A stretch of DNA of 64,000 bases, taken from Flavobacteriales bacterium (lineage in GTDB: Bacteria; Bacteroidota; Bacteroidia; Flavobacteriales_F; PHOS-HE28). Below are positions 49,575 to 59,284 of the stretch, one piece after another. Position 1 is the stretch's first letter. Each line of letters begins with the position of its first letter. Under the pieces are notes generated by a model, which saw only the letters and a list, made by a program, of their open reading frames with translations, was not told the DNA's origin and made no database searches. Both the position numbers and the translations under genes were made by a program. The stretch spans positions 17,448 through 81,447 of the forward strand of contig JBDTSG010000094.1 of the NCBI GenBank assembly GCA_039931265.1, given 5' to 3'.

Positions 49575-49692
49575 GTGGAGACCGAAATCGAAGAACCGTG
49601 GACAAGGCTACGCGGCCATGAGGCGGAAGTCCTGATCCACGACCAGAAGCAGTTCACGCACTTCCGCAGTATGCGCTACCGCTCGGTCATGA

Positions 49693-50103
49693 TCACGGTT
49701 CATGGACGTCCCGCCCTTCCGTCTTTTTGGGATCGCGTCCTGCGCGGTCCAAGTTGGGGCGGGCCTCACCTTTTCCCGTGACTTCCTTCCCTGCTTTGCT
49801 TCCCTTCGGGTCGATGCCTGTTGAGTGCGTGGCGACGGGACTGCCCTCCCCTCTCTCCGCGCCCGGGATCTCCGCAGGGTACGGCCCGTCCTTGTACTCG
49901 GGTGATACCAACATGTCGTTGCTCTCCGGCCCTTGCGGTGTGCTGGGCGGAACGGTGTTCGGGTTCAACGGGCGGTTCTCGCCATCCTTGCGTGCAGGCT
50001 TCATCGTGAGCTTGTTTATACCCATCGCGACAAAGCCCGCGCCATCGCGAACCGGCCCGGTCAAAGCCACGATCCCGGTGTCCTTCAAGAATGACATTCC
50101 CAC
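49693..50103 (-). CDS. Hypothetical Pro/Gly-rich disordered protein
   Basis: The start is ATG. The region has no alternative coding explanation, but the low-complexity sequence leaves coding status uncertain. Confidence 0.3.
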   Translation of the reverse strand: MGMSFLKDTGIVALTGPVRDGAGFVAMGINKLTMKPARKDGENRPLNPNTVPPSTPQGPESNDMLVSPEYKDGPYPAEIPGAERGEGSPVATHSTGIDPKGSKAGKEVTGKGEARPNLDRAGRDPKKTEGRDVHEP

Positions 50104-50191
50104 AAGAGAAAGGACCCGCGTGTCATTGCCCCTTACCGCCCGGGCTGGAAATGATCAACACCGGACCGCAATTTGCCATGGCATTGGTGCT

Positions 50192-50539
50192 ATGGAAAAA
50201 CTCATCAACCGGCTGCGCGATCTTGCCGCAAAGAAGGATCGCTTCGTGTACGACCTGCGTGGCAATTGCGTGGTATACAGCGGTGTTGTGTGTCCCTATC
50301 GTGCCATAACCGCGGACGGAAACGCACAACTATCAGTGGCCATATTGGATGCCTTGGAACACGAGAGCATCCTTATGGGATCGCGCGGTATTGACGGGAC
50401 GGCGGTTTACGAAAGCTGCCGACTGTTCACCAACGTCGACCAAGCCATGCGCTTCGCTAAGAGCCAAGGACGGAATACTGTTTACAGCCTTAACCGCCAG
50501 GTGCTCCTGGAGGTGGAAGCACGGCCAGTGGCAGCATAG
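50192..50539 (+). CDS. Hypothetical protein (115 aa)
   Basis: This is the ATG-initiated part of track ORF 49727-50539 (MEKLINRLRDLAAKKDRFVYDLRGNCVVYSG…). Its composition is globular. Confidence 0.4.
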   Translation: MEKLINRLRDLAAKKDRFVYDLRGNCVVYSGVVCPYRAITADGNAQLSVAILDALEHESILMGSRGIDGTAVYESCRLFTNVDQAMRFAKSQGRNTVYSLNRQVLLEVEARPVAA

Positions 50540-50687
50540 TCCGATGGCGTAGGGAGGTATCGCACACGGCATCATTGTGGAGCTATTTCCATTCGCGCCA
50601 ACCAAGGATCGGCCACCACTCCCGCCCAGCGTGATGAGCCCCCCGCGACGCTGAAGTGCGCCTATGATAGCGAGCGGAGCGAGGAAA

Positions 50688-50969
50688 CTAGGTCGGGCGG
50701 TACTGCTTCCATCCGTTCATGATCCAGCTGATCACGTCGGTGGAAGAGGAACTTGAGGCGTAACCGAAGGCCTCGCGTGCCAAAGCCACCAAACGCTTTC
50801 CTTCCGGAGTAAGGTGAAGACCGACCCGTGACCGCTCGGAGCACTTCCTGCATAACTCGGCGTGCTGCGCGTAGAACGCCTTCTGTACTTCGGGGTCGCG
50901 TTTGGATCTGGGCACAGGCAAGTTGAATGAGTATACGTTTTTATGGGATTTTACGCTTGCATAACGCAT
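50688..50969 (-). CDS. Hypothetical small protein
   Basis: An internal ATG gives MRYASVKSHKNVYSFNLPVPRSKRDPEVQKAFYAQHAELCRK…. No family was recognised. Confidence 0.35.
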   Translation of the reverse strand: MRYASVKSHKNVYSFNLPVPRSKRDPEVQKAFYAQHAELCRKCSERSRVGLHLTPEGKRLVALAREAFGYASSSSSTDVISWIMNGWKQYRPT

Positions 50970-51614
50970 GCCCCTTTCAACCGTCCCGGTTTCGCTTCCC
51001 GGACCAGCATCAGCGTGTCGGTTCAGTGCATGCGCGCGGTGGGGCAACGGTCGTGTCGCACTAGTGTGTGGGACCCATCGGGGAATTCATTGCACAAGCC
51101 GCCTGGATGGCTGCATACCTGTTCCGGAACTGTAACGGTTCGGGTGTCATGTGCTTGCCCAGCGTCTTGAAGGCTGCGGAAAACCTTGCCCGCCAAATTC
51201 CGCCGGAGTGCAACCTGTTCCCCATGTCGGCTTCTCGCACCCACTCGGATCACAATGGCATGCAGGATGGAATGAAGGGACCACAAACCATTTCCATGAT
51301 ACCTGTCCCACCCTCCTTGGACGCATTCAAGCGGCTCATCGCGCAACAAAGCCTAAAGCCGCTCTACTCCGGCGACCGCATCCGTGTACAGCGATCACCT
51401 ATCACCACCATACGTGGAAAGGAGTTCGTAGTGATCGAGCAGACCGAGGATGGCACACTGACGTGCCGCAGCATTTCAGGCTCCGCAGTGTTCAAGCTCT
51501 TCAGCTACCAAGTACGACTGGTACACCGACCGATTCTGAACACCGTGCGAACCCTCTTCGCGGTGTTCGCCGTGTAACCCGAAATGAGCTAGCTCCCTTT
51601 TGGAATCCTGAGCC

Positions 51615-52049
51615 ATGAACAAGGATGAACAAGCCATCCGCGCTCTTGTCGACCGTTGGTGGGCGGCAAGCCGCGAAAACGATGTGGATGCGACGCTGAC
51701 AATGGTAGCCGACGACGTGTTGTTCACGGTCAACGGCACCGAGCCCTTCAGCAGGGATGTGTTCGAAAAACAGGCGCTCAAGATGAAGGACGTCCGTATG
51801 GAAGGGAACACGCGGGTCCTGGAGATCGAAGTGTTGGGTGATCGTGCTTGGATGCGCGCCTATCTCACCGTGCGCATGGAATTCCCCGATGGCAACAGCA
51901 TGGAACGCGAAGGATACCTGTTGACCATCCTGCGCAGGGAACAAGACGGGCGATGGGTCATTTTCCGCGAAGCGAACATGCTGCCGGCAATGGACTTGAA
52001 AGGTGCCGGAGCAAAAAGATCGGAAAGTCACGAGCGTTGCATTGCATGA
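51615..52049 (+). CDS. SnoaL-like / NTF2-fold protein (DUF4440-like)
   Basis: MNKDEQAIRALVDRWWAASRENDVDATLTMVADDVLFT… is the characteristic N-terminal helix of SnoaL-like domains. Confidence 0.75.
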   Translation: MNKDEQAIRALVDRWWAASRENDVDATLTMVADDVLFTVNGTEPFSRDVFEKQALKMKDVRMEGNTRVLEIEVLGDRAWMRAYLTVRMEFPDGNSMEREGYLLTILRREQDGRWVIFREANMLPAMDLKGAGAKRSESHERCIA

Positions 52050-52090
52050 ACAGCCCTGGATCACGGCATGCCGATCGCCGCGGTACGGAT

Positions 52091-52816
52091 ATGAAGGAAT
52101 GGTTGCGGATCGGCACTGCAGGCTGGCAGTTGCCCAAGACCTTCAGGGAATTGTTCCAGGCGGAAGGCTCGCAATTGGAGAAGTACTCGGGCCGGTTCAA
52201 TGCGATTGAGATCAACAGCACGTTCTACAGGCTGCCGCGTGCGGCTACGGTGGAGCGCTGGGCCGCGGCGGTACCTGCGGATTTCCGCTTTGCCGTCAAG
52301 TTGCCCAAGCGCATTACGCATGAAGCGCAACTCCGCAACGTCGGTGCTGCGGTACATCAATTCGCCGATGTGATGGAGGCGTTCGGCGCGCACGCTGGCC
52401 CGGTGCTGGTCCAAATGCCACCGCGCTTGGCCTTTTCCTCGGTCGCGGAGGACTTCCTTCATCAACTGCACGAGCAAGGTTTCCCATCGGTAGTTGTGGA
52501 ACCCCGGCACAGCAGCTGGTTCACCGCTGACGTGAACGCGATGTTGCTGCGCTTGGATATCGCACGGGTGGCCGCTGATCCGCCGCGAGCGGACGGGGAT
52601 GGGATTCCCGGAGGGCGTGGGACCTTGGCCTATTATCGCTGGCATGGGCAGCCGCGTGTCTATTGGTCTGCTTACGACGACGCCACCTTGCACAACCTCG
52701 CCACAACGATCCGTTCACGCGCGGCCAATGCCAAAGAAGTGTGGGTGATCTTCGACAATACCGCGTTCGGTGCCGCAACGGGCAATGCACTTACCCTGCT
52801 CGGATCGTTCCCTTGA
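52091..52816 (+). CDS. DUF72-family protein
   Basis: …RIGTAGWQLPKTFRELF…YSGRFNAIEINSTFYRLP…FRFAVKLPKRITH…YYRWHG…IFDN… follows the conserved DUF72 pattern. ATG start. Confidence 0.85.
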   Translation: MKEWLRIGTAGWQLPKTFRELFQAEGSQLEKYSGRFNAIEINSTFYRLPRAATVERWAAAVPADFRFAVKLPKRITHEAQLRNVGAAVHQFADVMEAFGAHAGPVLVQMPPRLAFSSVAEDFLHQLHEQGFPSVVVEPRHSSWFTADVNAMLLRLDIARVAADPPRADGDGIPGGRGTLAYYRWHGQPRVYWSAYDDATLHNLATTIRSRAANAKEVWVIFDNTAFGAATGNALTLLGSFP

Positions 52817-52880
52817 CCGGTGGCGGTCGCGGGGGACCCGGCAAAACTTTAGGCGGTCATTAGCCATCGGCGTCCCCGCA

Positions 52881-53024
52881 CACGCTCGGCCAATGTCATT
52901 AAGTTAAGGGTGCCTAAGGCATTCTTCCAGCAGGTATCCGTCCGGTCCTGCTGGTAGCCGCGCGTGGACTATGGGTCGGACGCAACCACAACCGACCTTA
53001 ACTTAATGACATTGCACGCTCGGC
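52881..53024. mobile_element. MITE-like miniature element: perfect 19-bp terminal inverted repeats (CAATGTCATTAAGTTAAGG) flanking an 86-bp core, bounded by a 10-bp direct repeat (CACGCTCGGC)
   Basis: Read directly from the sequence: left TIR ~52891-52909, right TIR ~52996-53014. The identical decamer lies immediately outside each TIR, consistent with a target-site duplication. The TIRs are AT-rich in a GC-rich background. No ORF is present inside. Confidence 0.55.
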
Positions 53025-54039
53025 TGTCTCTTTGTGCACGCGCTCGAGTCTTCCCGATGGCGCTCTCAGTCCAGAGCCTTATTCTATGTCATATCCAAGC
53101 GCTTGATCGGTACTTCCGCAGCGTTGGTCATGTAAGGTCGTACCACGTAAGGGGTGCGGGCCAAAATCACCGCGCAGATGCGGTGGACAAGCTTTATTGG
53201 GGAAGGGCATTGAGAACGCTCATGGCATTCTTGCCTTCGGCGAGTTTGCGCTGGTAGATGCGCGAAGTTCCGTGTGCGCTGCAGGACACCGAGGGCAGCC
53301 ATGTGCAGCAGCGCCTTCAAGCGTTTGTCAGCATGATGTTCTTGCCACGCACCATGCCCATACGCAGTTCGATTTCCAAGGGGTGTGCCACCCAACTTCC
53401 GGCAGTTGGGCAACCGCATGGGCTTCAGCGTGCAAACCCTGCATAGCCACTGCAAGAACATACGTCACAAGACCGGTGCGCACAGTTAAGGAGTTGGTGC
53501 AACTGCCGCTGAAAGGCGGCTTGAATGGCGTTGTGAAGCCTTCGTCAAGGGGCTCTTCAAGCTCAAAACCGCGCGTTGTAGCATACGATGATCGCGCGAC
53601 GCTATATCACGCTGCGATCACACCATACGACGATCGGAAATGCCAACACTGCGATCGTGCCGTACGCGCGTTCCACATGCTCCGGTGCAGGCGGTGCGCG
53701 GTGGTGCGGTGCTGTGCGGCTGCCGTGCAACGTGGCGCGCAAGGCGCAAAATGCGCGGTAACACCGGATGTGGTACGATGAGTGAGTACACGATACTTGA
53801 ACTACACCGGGAGTGCATCGAAGCCATGGGGGGTAGCATCGCGCAGGCATCCACCAAGAACGGGGGTCAACACTCTCGTCACTTTAACCACAGCAACAGC
53901 TGTCGCGCGCTGAGAGGTGGCGAATAAAAAGGATGGCCAGGAATATGCCGCGTGTACGTGCGTGTGCGCGTTGCGGATGCGGGCGCAGGATTCCTCCCGC
54001 TCGGCTGAACCGAAAGTCGATCTGGGATAACCGCAGGGC

Positions 54040-54080
54040 AAACAGAAGGGCGGTGCAAATGCGCCGCCCTTCTGTCTTAC
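54040..54080 (-). terminator. Intrinsic terminator downstream of 54095-54757
   Basis: The CAGAAGGGCGG(T/C)GC-AAAT-GCGCCGCCCTTCTG hairpin is followed on the minus strand by TTTG. Confidence 0.4.
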
Positions 54081-54094
54081 GATCGGTTGAGCGC

Positions 54095-54757
54095 TCAGTA
54101 TTTGTTCACCCGACGCAGCACGGTGCCGCGATCCGTTGCGATCCGTACCAAGTAGGTGCCTCGTGCCAGTTCGGTCATGGGGATGGTCGACAACCCTGTG
54201 CCTGCACGCACCGCGACCTCCCGACCACTGAGGTCGGCAATGCGTACTTCTTCCACCTGCGCGGTGCCGCTGATGATCGTCAGCATGTCGTCGACGGGGT
54301 TCGGGTACAGTTGGAGTTCCACTTCGGCCTGCTCCTCCACGCCTACACCGGAGCAACCGTTGCCGGGCGCGCTGGTGTAATTGAATACCACCGCACCGGT
54401 ACCACAAGCCGTGATCATGTTGTTGGTACCCTGATCGCTGATGGACGAAACACTCTGCGCGTAAATGGTGTTGTTGCTGCCGAGCACGCCAAGGAAATTG
54501 CCCTTGTAGTAGATGGTGTTACTGCCACCGTTGATGCTGACGAAGGCACCGGATTCGATCCAGATCTGGTTGTTGCTGCCGGTGAAGATCTTCTGGAACG
54601 CATCGCCGCATACCCAGTAGGTGCCACCGCTGCCGGGGATCTGCGCGGCGCTGGCGTTGTTGATCACCGCAACGGAGCCGGGCACGGCGCTGGTGCATTG
54701 GGCAACGGCCGCTGTGGAAGCAACGAGGCAGATGGAAAGTGTAATGGTTCTGTTCAT
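54095..54757 (-). CDS. Secreted protein with T9SS C-terminal sorting domain (Asn/Gly-rich beta-helix-like body)
   Basis: A signal peptide (MNRTITLSICLVASTAAVAQC) precedes repeated GSNNxI motifs. The C-terminus (…LYPNPVDDMLTI…GTYLVRIATDRGTVLRRVNKY) is a clear CTD. Confidence 0.75.
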   Translation of the reverse strand: MNRTITLSICLVASTAAVAQCTSAVPGSVAVINNASAAQIPGSGGTYWVCGDAFQKIFTGSNNQIWIESGAFVSINGGSNTIYYKGNFLGVLGSNNTIYAQSVSSISDQGTNNMITACGTGAVVFNYTSAPGNGCSGVGVEEQAEVELQLYPNPVDDMLTIISGTAQVEEVRIADLSGREVAVRAGTGLSTIPMTELARGTYLVRIATDRGTVLRRVNKY

Positions 54758-55169
54758 GTGTGTTGGTTTTGTCCAAACCTAAGCAGGCCATCGGCGATCA
54801 CACAACGGTTCGTCACGGTACAACGGGAGTACCGTGCGCGATCCGTTGCCCGTGCTTGCGGCGCATTGTGCCGGGGCGATCATTGGGAGCTATCGGATCT
54901 TGCGCCAGCGGTCTGCGCTGAGTCGACACGCAGGGCATTGTCGTTCGTGTGGCCCCGTGCATCCTCCTGCGGCCAACCCAGATAGAGAAAGACCGCGACG
55001 ACGAGGACCGCGAAGCCGATGGCCCATGGCCATAGCGACCTGTTGTCGGCATGGCAGGAAGGATCGCTACAAGTGTGTGGGCTGAGTTCGGTGCTGGCGA
55101 ACAACCGGATGGCCCGCATTGGCGCACAGGCAGATGCGGCCGAAGTAGTAAGGAGCAATTGCTTGAAAA

Positions 55170-55201
55170 CAAAAACGCCCCTGACAAGTCAGGGGCGTTT
55201 C
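55170..55201 (-). terminator. Intrinsic terminator for YciE-like gene
   Basis: The ACGCCCCTGAC-AA-GTCAGGGGCGT hairpin is followed on the minus strand by TTTTTGTTTTC. Confidence 0.55.
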
Positions 55202-55217
55202 TCGCAGGTGGTGGCGA

Positions 55218-55868
55218 TCAGTGCTGTTTCGCAGGCATCTTTTTCGGAGCGGCGGCTTTGCCATTGCCCGCTTTGCCATTTCGTGAACCGTTGCCATTGG
55301 AGGCGACTTTGGAGTGGCGCGTGTTACTGCTGTCCTCCTCTTCCTCCTCTTCGTCGTTGCCGTCGTCATCCGTATCGGCCTCGATGTTCACCACGGTTTC
55401 GGCGATGCCGGTGAGCTTCTCATCCGCACCCTTTTCTTCCTCGAGGGTTTCGTCGATGAGCGATACCACATCTTCCAATCCGAGCTGCTCGGCCCATGCC
55501 TTCATGCTGCCGTAGCTGGTGATCTCGTAGTGCTCCACCTTTTGTGCGGCGCATACGAGGCCGGCATCCAATGCAACATCATCGGAGAATTCCTCCATGA
55601 TCTCCTTGCCTTCTTCCAGGATGCCATCGATAGCCGGGCACTTCTGCGCCTTTGCCGGTTTGCCCAGCGCCTCGAACATCTCCTCGATGCGTTTCACGTG
55701 TCCCTCGGTTTCCTGCAGGTGACCTTCGAAGGCCGCCTTCAATTCGTCATCCGTTGCGGCCTTGGCCATCTTGGGCAAGGTCTTAACGAGTTGCTTCTCC
55801 ACATAGTAGAGATCGGCCAACTGGTGTTCCAGCAATTTCATGAGGCCGGTGCTTTCTTGCTTTGCCAT
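55218..55868 (-). CDS. YciE/YciF-family ferritin-like stress protein (DUF892) with acidic C-terminal tail
   Basis: …LLEHQLADLYYVEKQLVKTLPKMAKAA…LKAAFEGHLQETEGHVKRIEEMFE… is characteristic of DUF892. The C-terminal ~60 aa is Asp/Glu/Gly/Asn-rich. Confidence 0.8.
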   Translation of the reverse strand: MAKQESTGLMKLLEHQLADLYYVEKQLVKTLPKMAKAATDDELKAAFEGHLQETEGHVKRIEEMFEALGKPAKAQKCPAIDGILEEGKEIMEEFSDDVALDAGLVCAAQKVEHYEITSYGSMKAWAEQLGLEDVVSLIDETLEEEKGADEKLTGIAETVVNIEADTDDDGNDEEEEEEDSSNTRHSKVASNGNGSRNGKAGNGKAAAPKKMPAKQH

Positions 55869-55942
55869 AGTTGTGGGTGTTATAGGGTGGATTGAACGTC
55901 CCGTCCGCGGCACTGCATCCGTGAACGGGCGCTGGTTTTTGT

Positions 55943-56338
55943 TCAGCCTTCGGCTTCCGCCTCTTGGCTCATTGCATTGTTATCCTTGGTGCCGGTGGTA
56001 CGTTCAGCATCGTTGCGCTTGCGGTCCGCAGCGTCCTCATCACGAGCGGCTTCCTCATCGCGCTCGCCCTGTTGGTTCGCCGGTTGTCCTTGCTTGTAGG
56101 CGCCTTCTTTGCGGTCGCCCTGTTGCCAAGAACCTTCGTTGCGTAAGCCTTGGCGGTCACTTTCCTTGCCTGCACCGGGTTGGTCTTGCTTGTAGCCCCC
56201 TTGCTGACCGAGTTGGCCGGTGCCATCAGCACCACCCTCCTTGCGGCCTTGCTCACCTTGACCGGCCTGTTTGCCCTGGCCAGGGTTGCCTGGGGCACCG
56301 CCTTGGGCGGAACCCCGGATATCATTACGCTCTGCCAT
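55943..56338 (-). CDS. Hydrophilin / KGG-repeat-like general stress protein
   Basis: Gly/Gln/Lys/Glu-rich low-complexity sequence (…GQGKQAGQGEQGRKEGGADGTGQLGQQGGYKQDQ…) resembles YciG/KGG-type stress proteins. It lies downstream of and co-oriented with the DUF892 gene. Confidence 0.45.
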   Translation of the reverse strand: MAERNDIRGSAQGGAPGNPGQGKQAGQGEQGRKEGGADGTGQLGQQGGYKQDQPGAGKESDRQGLRNEGSWQQGDRKEGAYKQGQPANQQGERDEEAARDEDAADRKRNDAERTTGTKDNNAMSQEAEAEG

Positions 56339-56723
56339 TGTAGTAGGATATTGAGTGTTGTTGTAGCGCTCCGGCAGGTGCCGCTTTCGGCACTTCCACC
56401 GGAGCTGATACTGCACAGGCAGATCGTTCACCGATCGTTTCACATCGCGATTCGCCCGTTCTGAGAGCCTTGCTGGACAAGCGTTGCGCGATTTCTCTGG
56501 CGATGGATCGGACCGTGCCAATGCGACTTTCCTGTGGAATACACTGCTCGCTGCGGGCGATTTTTTCCGCAGAACTGCCGCACTTCAGGAAGTGGGGAAT
56601 TGCATGCACGATCCCGCATCTGATTTCCACAACTGCTATCGTCCTTCGCGCTCGCGCGCGCTCAAAAGGCAGGGCATTGGCACGGCATCATTCCTGACAA
56701 TGCTGCGCTAAAACCTTGAACCC

Positions 56724-56888
56724 ATGAACAATCTGCTCAACATCATCATCGTGCTGCTCATCGTAGGCTGGCTGGTCGGTTTCATCGGATTCGGCGCCAT
56801 GGTCGGTAACATGATCCACATCTTGATCGTGTTGGCGGTGATCGCCATTATCTACCGCTTGGTGACCGGTCGCAAGGCCGACCTTTGA
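56724..56888 (+). CDS. lmo0937-family small membrane protein (54 aa)
   Basis: MNNLLNIIIVLLIVGWLVGFIGFGAMVGNMIHILIVLAVIAIIYRLVTGRKADL forms two short helices around a GxxG turn, with a basic C-terminus, matching the family pattern. The ORF is below the track's length cutoff and was found by reading the sequence. Confidence 0.6.
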   Translation: MNNLLNIIIVLLIVGWLVGFIGFGAMVGNMIHILIVLAVIAIIYRLVTGRKADL

Positions 56889-56905
56889 GACACACACGGT
56901 GAAAA

Positions 56906-56944
56906 GGAACCCCGGGCTGGAGCGGCCGGGGTTTTCTTTTTGGA
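56906..56944 (+). terminator. Intrinsic terminator after lmo0937-family gene
   Basis: The AACCCCGGGCTGGAGCGGCCGGGGTT hairpin is followed by TTCTTTTT. Confidence 0.55.
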
Positions 56945-57268
56945 AGCGGTCATGAGGCTCGTGGTGAAGAGCATAGCCAACTCACGCTTGTGGGATCGGT
57001 TCCACGATCAACAAGTGCGTTCGCGATCAATGCCGGTCGGCCCTTGATCTGTTGTTCTTGTCTTGAACGACCAGACCTTACAAGCCATGAAAACCAACGA
57101 GCCGAAACCGACCACCACCCCCAACCAACCGATGCCGAAACGCGAAAGTCCGGACCCACCGGGTGAACGCCCGCGACGCCGCACGTTCGTGGAACCCACG
57201 TTCCGGCACTAGGACGCTAGCGAACAGCCCATTGAACAGGCCGCCTTCCAGGCGGCCTGTTCAATTTC

Positions 57269-57667
57269 TCATCCTTCCAATGGCGAGCGCGCGGCGAGCA
57301 GCCAGCCGATAACGAACGAGGCGTGTATGAGCCCATCCAAAAAGTAGGGCCATGAGATGGTACCCATGAGCGAAGCGGTAATGGCCACGAGCGCCAGCAC
57401 GCCGGATATTCCGCCTGCCATTATCCCGAGGCTACTGCCGATGTACCGCCGCCTGAGCGCGTCGTGCAACAACACCGCACCGAGCACCAGCAGGATACCG
57501 GCCACGGTGCGCACCAACCAGTCGTCGTGCTTTGGTCCGGTGACCGCTTCGAAGCCGCGCATGTTTAAAAGCGCCCATCCGCCCCCGGCAATGTCGTACG
57601 CGCCTTGCACGCAGGCCAAGATGATCCTCGTGTTCCTCGTCTTCCGGCGTGCTGTTGTGTCGGCCAT
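57269..57667 (-). CDS. Small membrane protein (~133 aa, 3-4 TM)
   Basis: This is the ATG-initiated C-terminal portion of track ORF 57269-58066. The hydrophobic helices are (…WLVRTVAGILLVLGAVLL…, …IMAGGISGVLALVAITASLMG…, …HASFVIGWLLAA…). The upstream part of the track ORF is antisense to the NUDIX gene. Confidence 0.45.
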   Translation of the reverse strand: MADTTARRKTRNTRIILACVQGAYDIAGGGWALLNMRGFEAVTGPKHDDWLVRTVAGILLVLGAVLLHDALRRRYIGSSLGIMAGGISGVLALVAITASLMGTISWPYFLDGLIHASFVIGWLLAARSPLEG

Positions 57668-57763
57668 GCGTTCTTTCGCGGCCAGTTCCATTCCGTCCGG
57701 CACGCGCTGTGTCGGGATCATGGAAATGCAATGCCACGATAGGGCAACGCACCCAAAAGCGAA

Positions 57764-58197
57764 ATGGAAGATGGGAAGAATGCAGTGGTGCTCGTGGCCG
57801 ATGCGGTGATCGCCGATGAACAGGAACGCATCTTCATGTGTGCCGCGCGCACGAACCTTTCCAGGATCAATGGCCCCTTCCCGGTGGCAAGGTGGAGCCT
57901 GGGGAAACGGTGGAACAGGCGGTGATCCAGGAAGCGCAAGAGGAGACTTTCCTTGACCTGATCGTTGAGGGTTTGGTCGGTGTGTATTCCGAACCCGGAC
58001 GGGATCCACGCGGATCGTCCGTGAGCATCGCGTATCACGCGACTTTCGCCGGAGGCGCGCCGGCATTGACGCAAGAAACCACCGCCTTCCGTTGGTTGGA
58101 ACCCGGTGAGGAATGTGCCATGGGTTGCGACGACGAAAAAATCGTGTCGGATTTCCGAAAAGCCGTCATAAGAACAACTCCTGCCGAGCGCACATGA
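57764..58197 (+). pseudogene. NUDIX hydrolase with apparent frameshift near 57838
   Basis: The NUDIX box GGKVEPGETVEQAVIQEAQEETFL lies in track ORF 57838-58197, which begins with GTG. The expected N-terminal beta-strand region (…AVVLVADAVIADEQERIF…) is encoded from an ATG (~57764) in a different frame that terminates shortly after. Confidence 0.55.
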
Positions 58198-58378
58198 AAG
58201 CCCACGCCAAGAACAACAACGGTTGGAAGACCTTCGTTCGCGGGCACAAATACCGCAGCACTGCCTGCCCGATTTGTTGGAAAGGGAACACCCGGAAAAA
58301 AGGGAATGCCCCCCGGAAATGATCCGGAGGGCATCCTTGTTCGCGGTACGCACCCCCATGCGCACCGCATTCCGATGT

Positions 58379-58999
58379 TCAGCGCGTAACCACCAAGCGC
58401 TGGGTTCCGAGCAGGAGCATATCCGTATCACGTAATTCCAAGAAGTAGATCCCGTTCGGCAGATCGGCGATCGAAAGCGGGATCCCTCCTGACATCGTCG
58501 CCGACCGGTAGAGTTTCCCGGTGGCATCGAAGAAGCTGATCACCAGCGGCGGTGCCCCTTTCTGCAATACCGAGAGCTGATCGTTCGCCGGGTTCGGCCC
58601 CAAGGAATACCGAGTGGTTCCGGCTGTTTCACCGATACCTGTTGCATCCACAACAGTGAAGGTTCCCTTCATGCCCATGTCCACATGGAACTCGCAGATG
58701 TAGTAGGAAGTGCCCAGTGTTGTGGGTGTGAACGTGAAGTCGGTCCCGGGGTTCGATGTGCCCACGCCGTAAGCGAACCCACCGGGCATCGGGGTGTCGT
58801 CGTTGGCCATCCATGTGGCTTGCGTCACCTGCGTGAAGGTGTGTTGTGCGTCAATGAAATTGAGGTGGATGGCATCACCCAACTCAATGGTGAGGGTGGG
58901 TGGTAGGAATTCGTCGTCCACCACTTGGATCTCATGCGTGGTCTGCGCCTGCATGGTGAGCGCGGCACATGCAAGCAGAAGGGTAACAGGTCGTTTCAT
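58379..58999 (-). CDS. Plastocyanin-like cupredoxin with canonical Cu site (C-x2-H-x2-M) and T9SS C-terminal domain
   Basis: An internal ATG gives signal MKRPVTLLLACAALTMQAQT. …SYYICEFHVDMGMKGTFTVV carries Cys, His and Met ligands. The C-terminal GPNPANDQL…LVVTR is CTD-like. Confidence 0.8.
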   Translation of the reverse strand: MKRPVTLLLACAALTMQAQTTHEIQVVDDEFLPPTLTIELGDAIHLNFIDAQHTFTQVTQATWMANDDTPMPGGFAYGVGTSNPGTDFTFTPTTLGTSYYICEFHVDMGMKGTFTVVDATGIGETAGTTRYSLGPNPANDQLSVLQKGAPPLVISFFDATGKLYRSATMSGGIPLSIADLPNGIYFLELRDTDMLLLGTQRLVVTR

Positions 59000-59284
59000 G
59001 GGTCGTGGGTTCAGTCCCTGTACAGCACGAACGGTACCGATCGCTTGCGAGCATGCCGTTCGTCCCTTCATGTTCAGAGCGTTCCACGATCGTGGTGTGA
59101 AGTCCACGGGGAAACCTATGCTCACACCCAACCATCCTCGGCGCGCAATTCCAAATGGATAGCGCCAGCGGCTGCTACCGAAAACACGACCTGGATCACC
59201 TCGTGCTTGCGGTATTGCACGCCGTATGATCACATCGAGATACCGATCGCCACTCGGCCGGATCATGGCAAATGATCACGAAGC

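Noticed and set aside
51068-51577. ORF 169 aa (MGPIGEFIAQAAW…)
   Set aside because: The composition is unconvincing in the N-terminal half, and no start with a plausible context was found. Its C-terminal ~90 aa could still be a small real protein.
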